The notes: a model not told the origin generated them from the letters alone. Counted from the stretch's first letter, positions 27,126-37,315 are shown. The stretch is DNA of 64,000 nucleotides from Candidatus Dojkabacteria bacterium (GCA_016932045.1 JAFGDO010000030.1:10172-74171); one strand, 5' to 3'. Made by a program: numbers and translations.

Positions 27126-28537
27126 TACTCTTTAAAAAAGGTAACTAATTTGAAAGACAAAGGTAAAAGCAGATCTACGATGAGCCATGTGACAGAGATG
27201 CCTATGAGTATAGCTAAGGCGACATTCGCGAAATTCCATAGAGCGAATACTTTAAATATTAAAAGGATAATAGCAGAAGCATAGGTAACATTTAGAAGGA
27301 GCTTCAGTATCTCATGACTTCGTGTAAAATCCCATCTTTGTCCTTCTGTTCTTTTATTTTCTCTGAAAGAATTCTGAATAACCTTAAAGAGCATACCTAT
27401 AAATACACCTAAAGTTGTAATGAGTGCTAGAACCGAAACCATAGTTATCTTTACAGAAAAAAGTTTTAGACAGGCAATAACAAACAAACCATAATAAAAC
27501 ACAAGTATAAGGCCAATAACGCCATCATACTTGTAAAGTACTATCATAACCAGAGCAGACAAGAATGCCACAATAGTACAGCCGAGAAGGATTTTCTGAA
27601 GTATGTCCTGACCGATAGATCCTGCAATATCAACCCCTTCATCGGCTTCGAGTTCTACAGGCAAAGGTCCATACTGAATGATAGCACCATAAATTAAGGC
27701 TATTTTTTCATCAGGAAGTCCTGCAATTTGAATGCTTAGAGCTTTCCCGTAAGTTTGGAGTGTTTCCCCAAGGTCTTTACCGTCAATAGGCAAGATTTGT
27801 GAATCTAGCACCCCAATAATAGATTTTCCAAAATATACATAAATATTATTTGTTAATTCATTTACTTGGTGATCATCGAGTATGATCCGAAGATCATAGA
27901 CCTCTTCCTCACTTCCGGGAATCAAGCCTGCAGTCGATGAATCAGAAGAAGGACTGACTTTAAATCCTTTCATCTGATTCCCATCAATATTCAAGCTGTC
28001 ATAACTCTGTTTAAGAAACGCTTTTATTGGGTCATCTTCATCTTCGCCAATAATAACTCCCTCATCACCTTCAGTAGGTGTTAGCTTTTCTCCCCAAACT
28101 TCAAACTTACCCCTCGCAAATATACTCGTCTTATATTCTTCAAATTCATCCTTGTTTTCTTCTACCCTTATGACTAAAAAAAACTCCTCTCCTTCTTTAG
28201 TATAATTAACACTGCTTTCGGGATATCCAGCTTTTTCAAACCTCAAACGGATCAGATCAGTTGCATCTCGTACCTTTTGAAGCTTTTCCTCTTCTCCCTC
28301 ATCAAATAAAACCTTCACTCTGTACTCACTACCGCCAGTAAAATCCCGGCCCATATCAAGATCCAATTCTTTATCAGATACACCAAAAGTAAGATCCGAT
28401 AACTTAAGCCCTTCCCACATTTTGTGGTAATGAAAGTTACCCATATCAATATTGATCCAGCGGTTAGGCCATACAATGAGTACCAAAAGAAAAGTTACAA
28501 ATAACAGAAGTATGTAGTAAATTAGATATTTTTTCAT
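27125..28537 (-). CDS. secD: Divergent SecD-like protein
   Basis: One TM, DMGRDFTGG (compare GLDLxGG), IRLRF, an extracytoplasmic domain, GPLPV, GSIGQD and five C-terminal TMs. Confidence 0.7.
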   Translation of the reverse strand: MKKYLIYYILLLFVTFLLVLIVWPNRWINIDMGNFHYHKMWEGLKLSDLTFGVSDKELDLDMGRDFTGGSEYRVKVLFDEGEEEKLQKVRDATDLIRLRFEKAGYPESSVNYTKEGEEFFLVIRVEENKDEFEEYKTSIFARGKFEVWGEKLTPTEGDEGVIIGEDEDDPIKAFLKQSYDSLNIDGNQMKGFKVSPSSDSSTAGLIPGSEEEVYDLRIILDDHQVNELTNNIYVYFGKSIIGVLDSQILPIDGKDLGETLQTYGKALSIQIAGLPDEKIALIYGAIIQYGPLPVELEADEGVDIAGSIGQDILQKILLGCTIVAFLSALVMIVLYKYDGVIGLILVFYYGLFVIACLKLFSVKITMVSVLALITTLGVFIGMLFKVIQNSFRENKRTEGQRWDFTRSHEILKLLLNVTYASAIILLIFKVFALWNFANVALAILIGISVTWLIVDLLLPLSFKLVTFFKE

Positions 28538-28620
28538 ATAGGGAGTTTAGTAACTCAACAATGGGATTCTACCATACAAACAAGGGAAATTAAAACGCAC
28601 TTGCTATTAATTACCATTTA

Positions 28621-28645
28621 TGGACGAAGGCTAAACCTTCGTCCA
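28621..28645. repeat. REP-like palindrome (AAGGnnnAACCTT family)
   Basis: TGGACGAAGGCTAAACCTTCGTCCA. Confidence 0.7.
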
Positions 28646-28661
28646 CCTTGGTGACAAGTAT

Positions 28662-29171
28662 TTACTTCCTCAATAAAAACTTAGACTTCGCTTTATCCAT
28701 ATCAACAAAATCATCTACAACTTCAGTCAATGCCTTTGAACAGGTCTTACCAAAAGCCATAACTTCAACTAGACAACCTTCAGACTGCTGAAGATATGTT
28801 ACAACCGGAATATAGTCTCCATCACCACTTATAAGAACAATTGAGTCGACCTTTTTGCCTAGACGAATAGCGTCCATTGTAATGCCAACATCCCAGTCAC
28901 CCTTCTTTGCTCCCCCAGGGAATATCTGAAGATCTTTTTCCTTAACCTCAAACCCTGATTTATTCAAAGCTTCAAAAAAGTCCTTCTCCTTTGCAACAAC
29001 ATCTGTCTTGATAACGTAGGCTATTGCACGCGTGAGAACACGCCCTGAAACAGCCTCGATCAATAAATTCTTGAAATTCACCTTTGCCTTATAAAGATGC
29101 TTCGCACTGTAGTAAAGGTTCTGTACATCAACAAGTACAGCAACTCTTTGGTCTTTATTTCTAACAATCAT
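28662..29171 (-). CDS. NYN domain protein (LabA/DUF88)
   Basis: VDVQN, KGDWDVG, SGDGDY and VDDF motifs. Confidence 0.9.
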   Translation of the reverse strand: MIVRNKDQRVAVLVDVQNLYYSAKHLYKAKVNFKNLLIEAVSGRVLTRAIAYVIKTDVVAKEKDFFEALNKSGFEVKEKDLQIFPGGAKKGDWDVGITMDAIRLGKKVDSIVLISGDGDYIPVVTYLQQSEGCLVEVMAFGKTCSKALTEVVDDFVDMDKAKSKFLLRK

Positions 29172-29351
29172 AATTAAAATTAGTAAAATAAGTTATACAC
29201 ACTAAAATATATTATTTCCCGAGATAATTTACTCTAAATATTATACCAGAATTAAATTAAAGATATGAGTTATGAGATAACAAATACTAGATATGGGTTA
29301 TTATATATAAGATATAAGATTTAAGATAAAAGTTGTACCAGCCAGAGGCTT

Positions 29352-29422
29352 GACATAGTTGCATAGTTTCCGCACTAGGCGGCTCCGTCTCGGGCAGGAG
29401 ATAGTTGGATGGCCGGATGGTT
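29352..29422 (+). repeat. Dispersed repeat, copy 3
   Basis: GACATAGTTGCATAGTTTCCGCACTAGGCGGCTCCGTCTCGGGCAGGAGATAG. Confidence 0.8.
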
Positions 29423-29533
29423 GAATGAGTCGATTGCTGTCTTATCCCTTCTACTTTCTACCCCTAACCTGAATTATTAATCGAAAATTGTAGATTGTTT
29501 ATTGCAGGTTGAAAACATTGTATAATCGAATAA

Positions 29534-30991
29534 TTAAGTGCCTTCCTCTTCTACTATAACCCCCTTTTTTAGTGTAATTACCCTATCTACTCCGACACTC
29601 CTTACAAAATATCTATCATGAGAGATCAAAAGAACGGCACCTTTAAATTCTCTTAAAGAATCTTCTATAACCTCTTTCGTTTTTACATCAAGATGATTTG
29701 TAGGTTCATCAAGTATCAAGAAGTCATAAGAGTGCTGAGCAAAAACAGCAAAAGAAAGTCTTGCCCGTTCTCCCGGACTTAGCATTTTCAACTTTGCTGT
29801 TCGATACTCTTTGGGGAATAAAAATTTTTCCAAAACGCCAAAAGATCTCTCGTACGGTATTTTAGCGTTCTCAATAAAAAAATTTTCAACAGTTTCTTCC
29901 ATATCAAGGTGAGTTTGATCCTGAGAAAAATATGTCCAATCGATATTTTCACCCCACCTAATTTCCCCGCCAACGGATTTGAGATCACCCATAAGCAACT
30001 TGATGAAAGTTGTCTTACCTATACCATTCGCACCAAAGAACCAGATCTTTTCACTTCCGTAAATCGACAGACTACTGCCATTTATAATATTTTTTCCTCT
30101 TTGATAGGCAAATGAAATATCGTCGACTTCAATAATATTTTTATGTTTATGTACATAGCCGTCTATCTTAAATTCGCTAAGCCGTCTTTCTTCATACTCT
30201 TCTACCCGCCTTTCTTCCACCTCTCTTCTGAATCTCGTTTTTGCAGCTTTTACAGCCTTACCTCTTTTTCTGGCACTTTTAACAGCCCTTGCGTGATCCA
30301 AAAGCTGTTCCAATTGCTTTTTCTTTCTCTCAAAAGCAGTGAACTCTTTAGCACGGTTTTCTATATATTTCGCTTTCCCAAGCAAGAAGTCATCATAATT
30401 CCCCTCAAAAACAAGAAGCTTCTGTTCATCGATTTCAAATATATGGTCGGTGACATGATTCAAGAATTCTCTATCGTGAGATATAACAATACATATTCCT
30501 TCAAAATTTTTTATAAATTCTTCAAACCAAATTATCCCTTTTATATCTAGATGGTTCGTTGGCTCATCAAGAAGAAGGATAGTGGGTTCTTTGATTAAAA
30601 GCTCAACAAGTTTAAGTTTCATTTTCTGACCTTCGCTTAAATTCTTTACATACTGATAGTGATCAATACCCGATAGATTCAACCGAGATAATATAATATC
30701 TATCTTGTACATTTCACTATGGGGGTCATCAATGAGACTTTCAAAAAATTCACCAACAAGTAAATCCTGATCAAAAGAAAACTCCTGCGCAAGATACCCC
30801 AGTCTTTCATTGACTACCTCAACCCTTCCCGTATCAGCTCTTTCAATTCCGGCGATGATTTTAAGAAGTGTCGATTTCCCGCACCCATTAAGGCCGACAA
30901 GTCCTACCTTCTCTTTGTTGCCAAGGATGAATGTTACATGATCAAACAGCGGATCAATATATTGTTTTGAGATATTTTCAAGTTTTAGCAT
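29534..30991 (-). CDS. ABC-F family ATPase
   Basis: Two NBDs (GLNGCGKS, GANGIGKT), two LDEPTNHLD, two ISHDR, and no TM segments. Confidence 0.95.
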   Translation of the reverse strand: MLKLENISKQYIDPLFDHVTFILGNKEKVGLVGLNGCGKSTLLKIIAGIERADTGRVEVVNERLGYLAQEFSFDQDLLVGEFFESLIDDPHSEMYKIDIILSRLNLSGIDHYQYVKNLSEGQKMKLKLVELLIKEPTILLLDEPTNHLDIKGIIWFEEFIKNFEGICIVISHDREFLNHVTDHIFEIDEQKLLVFEGNYDDFLLGKAKYIENRAKEFTAFERKKKQLEQLLDHARAVKSARKRGKAVKAAKTRFRREVEERRVEEYEERRLSEFKIDGYVHKHKNIIEVDDISFAYQRGKNIINGSSLSIYGSEKIWFFGANGIGKTTFIKLLMGDLKSVGGEIRWGENIDWTYFSQDQTHLDMEETVENFFIENAKIPYERSFGVLEKFLFPKEYRTAKLKMLSPGERARLSFAVFAQHSYDFLILDEPTNHLDVKTKEVIEDSLREFKGAVLLISHDRYFVRSVGVDRVITLKKGVIVEEEGT

Positions 30992-31137
30992 AGAATAATT
31001 CACATAAAACAGGGGAAATTATAACACAGATTCAGAGGAGAATATTGCCAGATCGTGATTAATCATGTTCTATGCTATAAAAAAGCAAATTGAACCCAGA
31101 AGGGTTCAATTTGCTTCACACTGTTTCAATTAAGCAC

Positions 31138-32910
31138 TTACGGCATTGTTTTACTTACATTAGCACTATATGGATCACAGTATCCGCTTCGATAAGCACC
31201 TACCCTAAAATGATAGGTAGTTCCAGAAGCAAGACCAGTAACTGTAAAGTTCCTCGAGCCGCTACTCATATACTGACAACCATCATCTGGATAAGTCGGA
31301 TTAGCATGAGTTGACCAACAAACCTTGTAACCATTTGGTGCCTCACTTCCTACAGGCGACCAGTTTACTGTCACCTTATACGTTGAACCCTCACAGACCG
31401 GCTCTTCCAATGAAATATTGATCGCGGTTGGATATGTTCCCTCACCCTTAACCTCGCCTTCCACCGTCACTGTTTTGTAGTTAGTTGTATACATTATACA
31501 TTGACCATTGCCATTGTATATACATACTCTAACATTGTAGGTTCCAGCTGGTAATCCTGTTATATATGCTTCCCTTGCACCTGAACTGCTTACATAAGCA
31601 AACTTATCCCCTGGATAAACCGGCATCTTACCTACTGCAGCAACAGCTTTGAAACCACTTGGTGCACTATAACCGCTCATTGCCCACTTAACATAAATCT
31701 TTCCGGCGGCAGGCGATGATACTGAAGATACATAGAAATAGCTATTTGGCCCCGGCTCCGGAGTTTGAGCACTCTTACGAATCACCATTACACTGACCTC
31801 TGTTGAGTTCCAGTATATATCATATGCTCTTACTGTTATGGTATTTTCGCCTTCTACCAAAGCCACATCTACATCAAATGTACCATCAGCAGGATCAAAA
31901 CCTTTACCATTCTCGTCTTTCGAAGTATAGATTTGACCATTTACAACTATCTTTCTCAGAGCACTTTCAGTATCAGTTACAGTCCCAGTAACTGTTATAG
32001 CTTCACCATCAGTTTCAGTGCCATCGGCAGGACTTGTGATAGTCACTGTTGGTCCATTCTCTTCATGACACTGTACTCCTGCCTCTTTATCTTTCTCCTT
32101 ATTCCATTCTGCAAATTCTTCCTTAAATTCTTCCTCTGTCATCTCTTCAACAGTTACATTCTCATTCTCAACATTAACAATAGCTTTATTTAGTTCTGCA
32201 ACCTTAGTTTCATCAATGTTTAGCTTCACTTGACTTTCATATACAAAAACCTCAACCTGTTTCTGTTCTTCATTTGTAGAAAACTTATATGCCGTACCCA
32301 TTGCCCTAGCTTCTACACCTTGAGATTTTATAGTATAGGTATTCTCATCTGAACTTGCTACTCTACTGTAGCTTTCTCCTCTAAGTTGTTCAAAAACAAC
32401 TGCTGAAGGATTCATACCTTCAAGCCTTACTTCACTATCAGCATTTAATCTAACTGCGTCACCATTATCAAGTTCTAGTACTGCACGCGATTCGCTCCCG
32501 GTCTTCACCGTATCACCCTGACTTAATGTATCTCCCTGTTTCGCCTCCATCCATCTATCATCCCCAGCCTTTCTTACTTCGACTTCTCCATCTGCTACAG
32601 CCAAATTGGCTGCAAGTAAAACTTCTTTTTGCTCTTCCTGCTTTGCTTTTCTGGTAAGAAGATAAACTCCTCCGCCAGCAAAAAGAGCAACGAAAGCCAG
32701 CACAGCAAAAGATGCTAGAGCCACTTTCCAGGTAAGAGTAATAGATTTAAGTTTAGCCATGAATGAACCTCCTTGAGCTGAATTTATATAACTTTCGTAA
32801 AGCTGTTCGCGGAGAGATTCCTTGAACCCCTGGTCGACAACAAGAGTTTTAGAATCTACGCTTTTTGCTTCAATGAGCAAGTTTTCTAAATTTTTATAAT
32901 TTTCTTTCAT
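31138..32910 (-). CDS. FecR-domain anti-sigma-like membrane protein with Ig/Fn3-like extracellular domains
   Basis: Cytoplasmic N-terminus, TM, FecR motif (GDTVKTG..SRA.L...NG..VRL, A.GTAY), PTVTITSP Ig domain and LASGTTYHFRV Fn3 motif. Confidence 0.85.
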   Translation of the reverse strand: MKENYKNLENLLIEAKSVDSKTLVVDQGFKESLREQLYESYINSAQGGSFMAKLKSITLTWKVALASFAVLAFVALFAGGGVYLLTRKAKQEEQKEVLLAANLAVADGEVEVRKAGDDRWMEAKQGDTLSQGDTVKTGSESRAVLELDNGDAVRLNADSEVRLEGMNPSAVVFEQLRGESYSRVASSDENTYTIKSQGVEARAMGTAYKFSTNEEQKQVEVFVYESQVKLNIDETKVAELNKAIVNVENENVTVEEMTEEEFKEEFAEWNKEKDKEAGVQCHEENGPTVTITSPADGTETDGEAITVTGTVTDTESALRKIVVNGQIYTSKDENGKGFDPADGTFDVDVALVEGENTITVRAYDIYWNSTEVSVMVIRKSAQTPEPGPNSYFYVSSVSSPAAGKIYVKWAMSGYSAPSGFKAVAAVGKMPVYPGDKFAYVSSSGAREAYITGLPAGTYNVRVCIYNGNGQCIMYTTNYKTVTVEGEVKGEGTYPTAINISLEEPVCEGSTYKVTVNWSPVGSEAPNGYKVCWSTHANPTYPDDGCQYMSSGSRNFTVTGLASGTTYHFRVGAYRSGYCDPYSANVSKTMP

Positions 32911-32937
32911 ATATAAATTTTTTAATGTATTTAATAA

Positions 32938-33498
32938 TCAAATTTCTACATTTAATACTTCAAGAAGATTTTCCTTCTCCAATATCTTTTTAAAAGCTTT
33001 CAGACTTCTATGCAATTTAACTGCAAGAGTTTCTTTTTTACATCCTAAAACCTCTGCCATCTCCTCATTTGATAATTCCTCAAAAAACTTTAAAGAAAGA
33101 ATTTCCTGATATTGTTTCGGAAGCTTTTTTAGGGCCTCTAGTATAATTGCTTGTCTTTCTGATTTCTCGGCTTCTTTATCTGTCCTGTCTTTTGACTCTA
33201 CTTCACTTAGATCGATAATGTTCAGTGAAGGATTCTTCCTGTAATAATCCATTAAATTGTTATGAGCGATTCTATATAGCCACGCACCAAATGAAAAACC
33301 CTTGTACCTAAAAGTCTTAATCTTTGTCATGGCCTTTATAAAAGTTTGGCTCGTCACATCTTCAGAAATCTGCTTGTTTGCTGTACGATTCAATACATAA
33401 GCGAAAATCCTAGGCAGATAATACTCATAAAGCTGATCAAAGGCCTTCAAAGACTCTTTAGCCTGTTCAACTAGTTTTTGCTCTCGAGCAAGATCCAT
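32938..33498 (-). CDS. ECF RNA polymerase sigma factor
   Basis: EDVTSQTF, FGAWLYRIAHN...DYYRK and a region-4 HTH. Confidence 0.95.
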   Translation of the reverse strand: MDLAREQKLVEQAKESLKAFDQLYEYYLPRIFAYVLNRTANKQISEDVTSQTFIKAMTKIKTFRYKGFSFGAWLYRIAHNNLMDYYRKNPSLNIIDLSEVESKDRTDKEAEKSERQAIILEALKKLPKQYQEILSLKFFEELSNEEMAEVLGCKKETLAVKLHRSLKAFKKILEKENLLEVLNVEI

Positions 33499-33586
33499 AC
33501 CAAAACCTATAATTTAAGTACTTAATTGAAGATTTAATTATGTAACGAAGATTATACAGGAAAAATTACACCTTTTAAAAGTGACA

Positions 33587-35776
33587 TTATCGAGCCAAGG
33601 TGCTAATGCCTTTTACTTCATAACTTACAACAAGATCCAATTTCATCTCACAATCAACAATAAGTATCTTGCCCCTATCTACAACACACGCTACATCAAG
33701 TTCCAAAATCTGAGGAAAGTCTTGCGGAATTTTTGTTATCTTTTGAACAAACGCTAAAAGATCCTGAGTAAATTTCTCTGATTTCAATCCGGGTCTATAA
33801 CCAAAATACTTAGCATAAGGAAAAGATTCCAGATCCTTCTCAAACTGCTCCCTTGTTATTGGAAGTAGTCGTCTGATAGCGTCTGTTATTTTAAGACCTT
33901 CAACTTGGAATTCAAAAAAATAGCCAAAGCTAAGCTTATCAAGGTCTTTAATTGAAAAGCCTTTCTCGCGGTGCTCATAATACGTATCTTTAAGAATTGT
34001 AATTTTGAACTTCCTTCTTCCCCTATACAGTTTCTTTACGATATGATCAGTAAACCTATGACCTTCTCCTTCCTCTAGTTTCAAGAAGTGATCTTCATAA
34101 GCTCTCTTAAGCTGATCCTTCTTATAGGTGACCTTCCCGATTCCATTCGTAAGACACAGAAATTCAACCGGATATTCCTGTTCTTCGGCAAAATCAAGCG
34201 CATCCGTTAAACTCTTTAAGAGTCTCATATTACTGGTATCCATACCGTAGTACCTCAATATGTCAAAACACTGATCAACTCTCAGTCCCATTTGTTTATC
34301 TACCCTTGCTTTTTCTATAAGCTCTAAAATTTTTATAGATCTAGTCTTATCAAGAATTCTTTGATACGCATAGCGAGACGATACCTGACTGCCGAATTTG
34401 ATCCACGTAAAATATTCATACATCTTTGCAAGCGTAAAGATAGCCCTGTCGACACTGTTAAATGCAGGTATAAAATACTTTGATAATGCTTTTATGCCTT
34501 TCTCAACACCTTCATAACCCATAAAAGCTGCAATTATCGTCTTGCCGTGTTCGCGTGCGAGCCTTCCTATGACTTCAGCCGACTCCTCGATCTGAGTCAT
34601 GACTTGAGGAGATAGGATCACAACAACCGAGTTCACATCCGGATCGCCAAGCACAATATCTAACGCTTTCAAGTAATTGAGTGAAAGAGCTTGGCCTCCA
34701 AGATCCACTACTCCTCTGCTTTGTCCCTTCCAGTCGAGTTCGCTGATAAGCATCCTTTTGACATCAGTAGAAAAATTTACTAGTCTAAGTCCTTTTCTAT
34801 AAAGTTGTTCAATGGCAAGTATGAGACCTCCTCCGGCATTTGAAACAATAGCTACATTACCTCCACGAGGCAGGACCTGCCATGAAAAGCCAAGAAGTAA
34901 ATCATAAAGCTCTTGCTGAGTGTATACTTTAATAGCACCACTCTGAGAAAGAGCTAGATCGATGACAGCATCTTTCTGTAGGACTGTTCCCGAGTGAGCA
35001 TAGATATACTCCCTTGTCTTAGGTGACTCTGATGGGATAAGAGCGACAAGTGGAACGGTCTTTGTAAATTTCTGAGCACTTTCAAGAAACTCCTTTCCGT
35101 CTGTAATGTTTTCAAGGTAGCAGCCAAGGACGGTAGGTTGGCCGTCTTTTCGTAAGGAACTGTAATAGTCGAGGATATTTATTTCGTTTACATCCGATTT
35201 ATTTCCAAAACCAAGGATTTCTGAAAATCCAAGCGAGTAAAATTGAGAATATTCAAGCAAAGCATTAATTAGAGCTCCTGATTGGGATATAAATACTGCC
35301 TTGCCCTCCTTCGGCATATCCGGACTGAAAGTAGCATTTAAAAGCTTTGATGTAGAAATTAGACCTAGAGAATTTGGACCCAGCACCCTGATACCTGCCT
35401 CATTTGCCATCTTTGTAATTTTTCGTTGAAGCGTAAGGCCATTTACTCCAGTCTCAGCAAAACCTTTTGATACGATGCAAATGTTATTTACCTTAGCTCG
35501 CGTACAGTCATATACATCATCAATGACCCGATCAGATGGTGTAGCAATGATTGCAAGGTCAACTTCCTCTTTAATATTCTTAATTGAAGAATATGTGTCG
35601 AAATCATATAGCTGTGAAAGCTTCTCATTCACAGGAAAAACACGGCCTTTGTACCCACCGAGAATAATATTTCGAAGTATGTAAGACCCAAGATCTTCGG
35701 GATTGGATGTAGCACCAGTAATAGCGACTGAACTAGGCGAAAGAAGTGATGTTATATTTGAGTTTCGGGCAGTCAT
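33587..35776 (-). CDS. NDP-forming acyl-CoA synthetase family protein (CoA-binding and ligase domains, degenerate ATP-grasp)
   Basis: PSSVAITGAT, GFAETG, RVLGPNSLG, ISQSGA, AHSG and SNAGG motifs. Confidence 0.85.
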   Translation of the reverse strand: MTARNSNITSLLSPSSVAITGATSNPEDLGSYILRNIILGGYKGRVFPVNEKLSQLYDFDTYSSIKNIKEEVDLAIIATPSDRVIDDVYDCTRAKVNNICIVSKGFAETGVNGLTLQRKITKMANEAGIRVLGPNSLGLISTSKLLNATFSPDMPKEGKAVFISQSGALINALLEYSQFYSLGFSEILGFGNKSDVNEINILDYYSSLRKDGQPTVLGCYLENITDGKEFLESAQKFTKTVPLVALIPSESPKTREYIYAHSGTVLQKDAVIDLALSQSGAIKVYTQQELYDLLLGFSWQVLPRGGNVAIVSNAGGGLILAIEQLYRKGLRLVNFSTDVKRMLISELDWKGQSRGVVDLGGQALSLNYLKALDIVLGDPDVNSVVVILSPQVMTQIEESAEVIGRLAREHGKTIIAAFMGYEGVEKGIKALSKYFIPAFNSVDRAIFTLAKMYEYFTWIKFGSQVSSRYAYQRILDKTRSIKILELIEKARVDKQMGLRVDQCFDILRYYGMDTSNMRLLKSLTDALDFAEEQEYPVEFLCLTNGIGKVTYKKDQLKRAYEDHFLKLEEGEGHRFTDHIVKKLYRGRRKFKITILKDTYYEHREKGFSIKDLDKLSFGYFFEFQVEGLKITDAIRRLLPITREQFEKDLESFPYAKYFGYRPGLKSEKFTQDLLAFVQKITKIPQDFPQILELDVACVVDRGKILIVDCEMKLDLVVSYEVKGISTLAR

Positions 35777-36053
35777 AAAATCCAATTATAAAATACTATA
35801 TTCAAATAAATTATTTCTAATTTGATTTTATGGTAAGGAATTTGGAAAATTCCCGAACCATAAGTTCTAATTAATAATCAGGAGTATATTAGCATAAAAT
35901 TTGTTTAGAAAAAATATACCATTAGGAATAAATTAAAATACTCAACTAAAGTACATATCATCTAAATACTCCAACAAAAGCACCCCAACCGACAACAATT
36001 AAGTTATCTGAGGTGCTCTTTTGTAAGCAAAAACATAACCTTTTGCTTATATA

Positions 36054-37052
36054 TTATTTAGTCGCCTCCTGCATATACCAACATTTCCATCGTTCTAAAA
36101 CCTCCTTTCTTAAATTTTTTGAAATATAAATTAATGTTTTCTGTGGAATTTCTCCCATAATTGTCTCCTTTAAATTTCCCTCGTTAAAAATATCCTCGAT
36201 TTTTCCATCATACAAATTGCCAACTAATTCTCCTTTTAAGCATTTCTGATCCGGATATACCCTTCCATCATAATCTACATAAAATACTTTTTTAGGTAAC
36301 TTCAATTCTCCTTTTATATAGTGAACTACTAAATCATTACCTCCAATAAGATGCGAATACTCCTGCTTATTAAATAGAATTACCAACTTTTTATACAATT
36401 TATCAACAGAAATAACATCATCTTCATTTAAATATTCCCTCGCATAACCTTCGAACCTTAATACATTCGTCGAAATACCTTGAACACCCAAGTTGAGACA
36501 AAAATCAAATAACTTATCTAGATTAAAAAAGTTTTTCTTATGAACAACACACTTTACAACAATATACTTTATGTATTTCTGCAAAGTTTTAATTCCTTTT
36601 ACAACTTTCTCAAAGGACCCCTTTTCACGGAAATATTCGTGTGTTTCGGGATTCCAGCCATCTAATGATACCCTCGTACTTACATCGCATTTCCTCAAAA
36701 AAGACATTTTCTTCTCTTCTATAAAAGGAATCATCATTGCATTTGTTTGTAGTCTCAACGTCCACCCCAGATCTATTGAGAATCTAAGTATTTCAAAAAT
36801 ATCAGGGTGCATAAAAATCTCACCTCCCGTATACTGCACATATTTCTTTCCCAGAGAAGCCCTTTTATCAAAGAACTTTAGCACCTCGAATATTCTCTCT
36901 TTATCTAAAAACTCTGTTCTCTGATTAACAGCTGACTGAAAACAATAGCGACACCGAGTATTGCATGTATTTGTTAAGTTAAAACAAATACTATTCTAGA
37001 AATCATTTGTGCTCTTACTATCCTTAGGTAAGTACTTTTTAAAGTCCACCAT
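36054..37052 (-). pseudogene. Radical SAM protein (twitch/SPASM-like C-terminus) with an in-frame TAG at codon 19
   Basis: Reads MVDFKKYLPKDSKSTNDF*NSICFNLTNTCNTRCRYC in frame with TGGE, QTN and VSLDG. TAG is at 36996-36998, and GAGG precedes ATG 37052. Confidence 0.8.
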
Positions 37053-37071
37053 TCTTTTCCTCACTAAAAAT

Positions 37072-37095
37072 AAAAAAACTCCTCTTTTGAGGAGT
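37072..37095 (-). terminator. Intrinsic terminator/attenuator hairpin upstream of the radical SAM gene
   Basis: Minus strand reads ACTCCTC-AAAA-GAGGAGT-TTTTTT. Confidence 0.75.
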
Positions 37096-37145
37096 CCTTT
37101 TGCTTTTTTATTTATTCTATTCCTATCTGATAACCCAGGAACTCC

Positions 37146-37205
37146 TCAGCTCTTACTTCGAGCAAGTACAAAAATAAGGTTTGTAATAAGGAGTTCTCTT
37201 CTCAT
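37146..37205 (-). CDS. Putative 19-aa leader peptide MRRELLITNLIFVLARSKS
   Basis: Lies between a consensus promoter and the terminator. Its stop codon overlaps a sequence complementary to the terminator 5' arm. Confidence 0.55.
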   Translation of the reverse strand: MRRELLITNLIFVLARSKS

Positions 37206-37232
37206 TTCTTTTGCTTTAAATAAACCGAGGCT

Positions 37233-37262
37233 ATTATATATACTTACGAAATATTTTGTCAA
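37233..37262 (-). promoter_or_regulatory. Consensus sigma70 promoter TTGACA-N18-TATAAT
   Basis: Both hexamers match consensus exactly on the minus strand. Confidence 0.8.
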
Positions 37263-37315
37263 GGAATATTTTGAAGATCAAATGTTTTTTTAAATCTTTA
37301 TCTTGTATACTAATA

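Noticed and set aside
35976-36049. Two adjacent hairpins as an ncRNA
   Set aside because: Adequately explained as terminator-like structures after the radical SAM gene.
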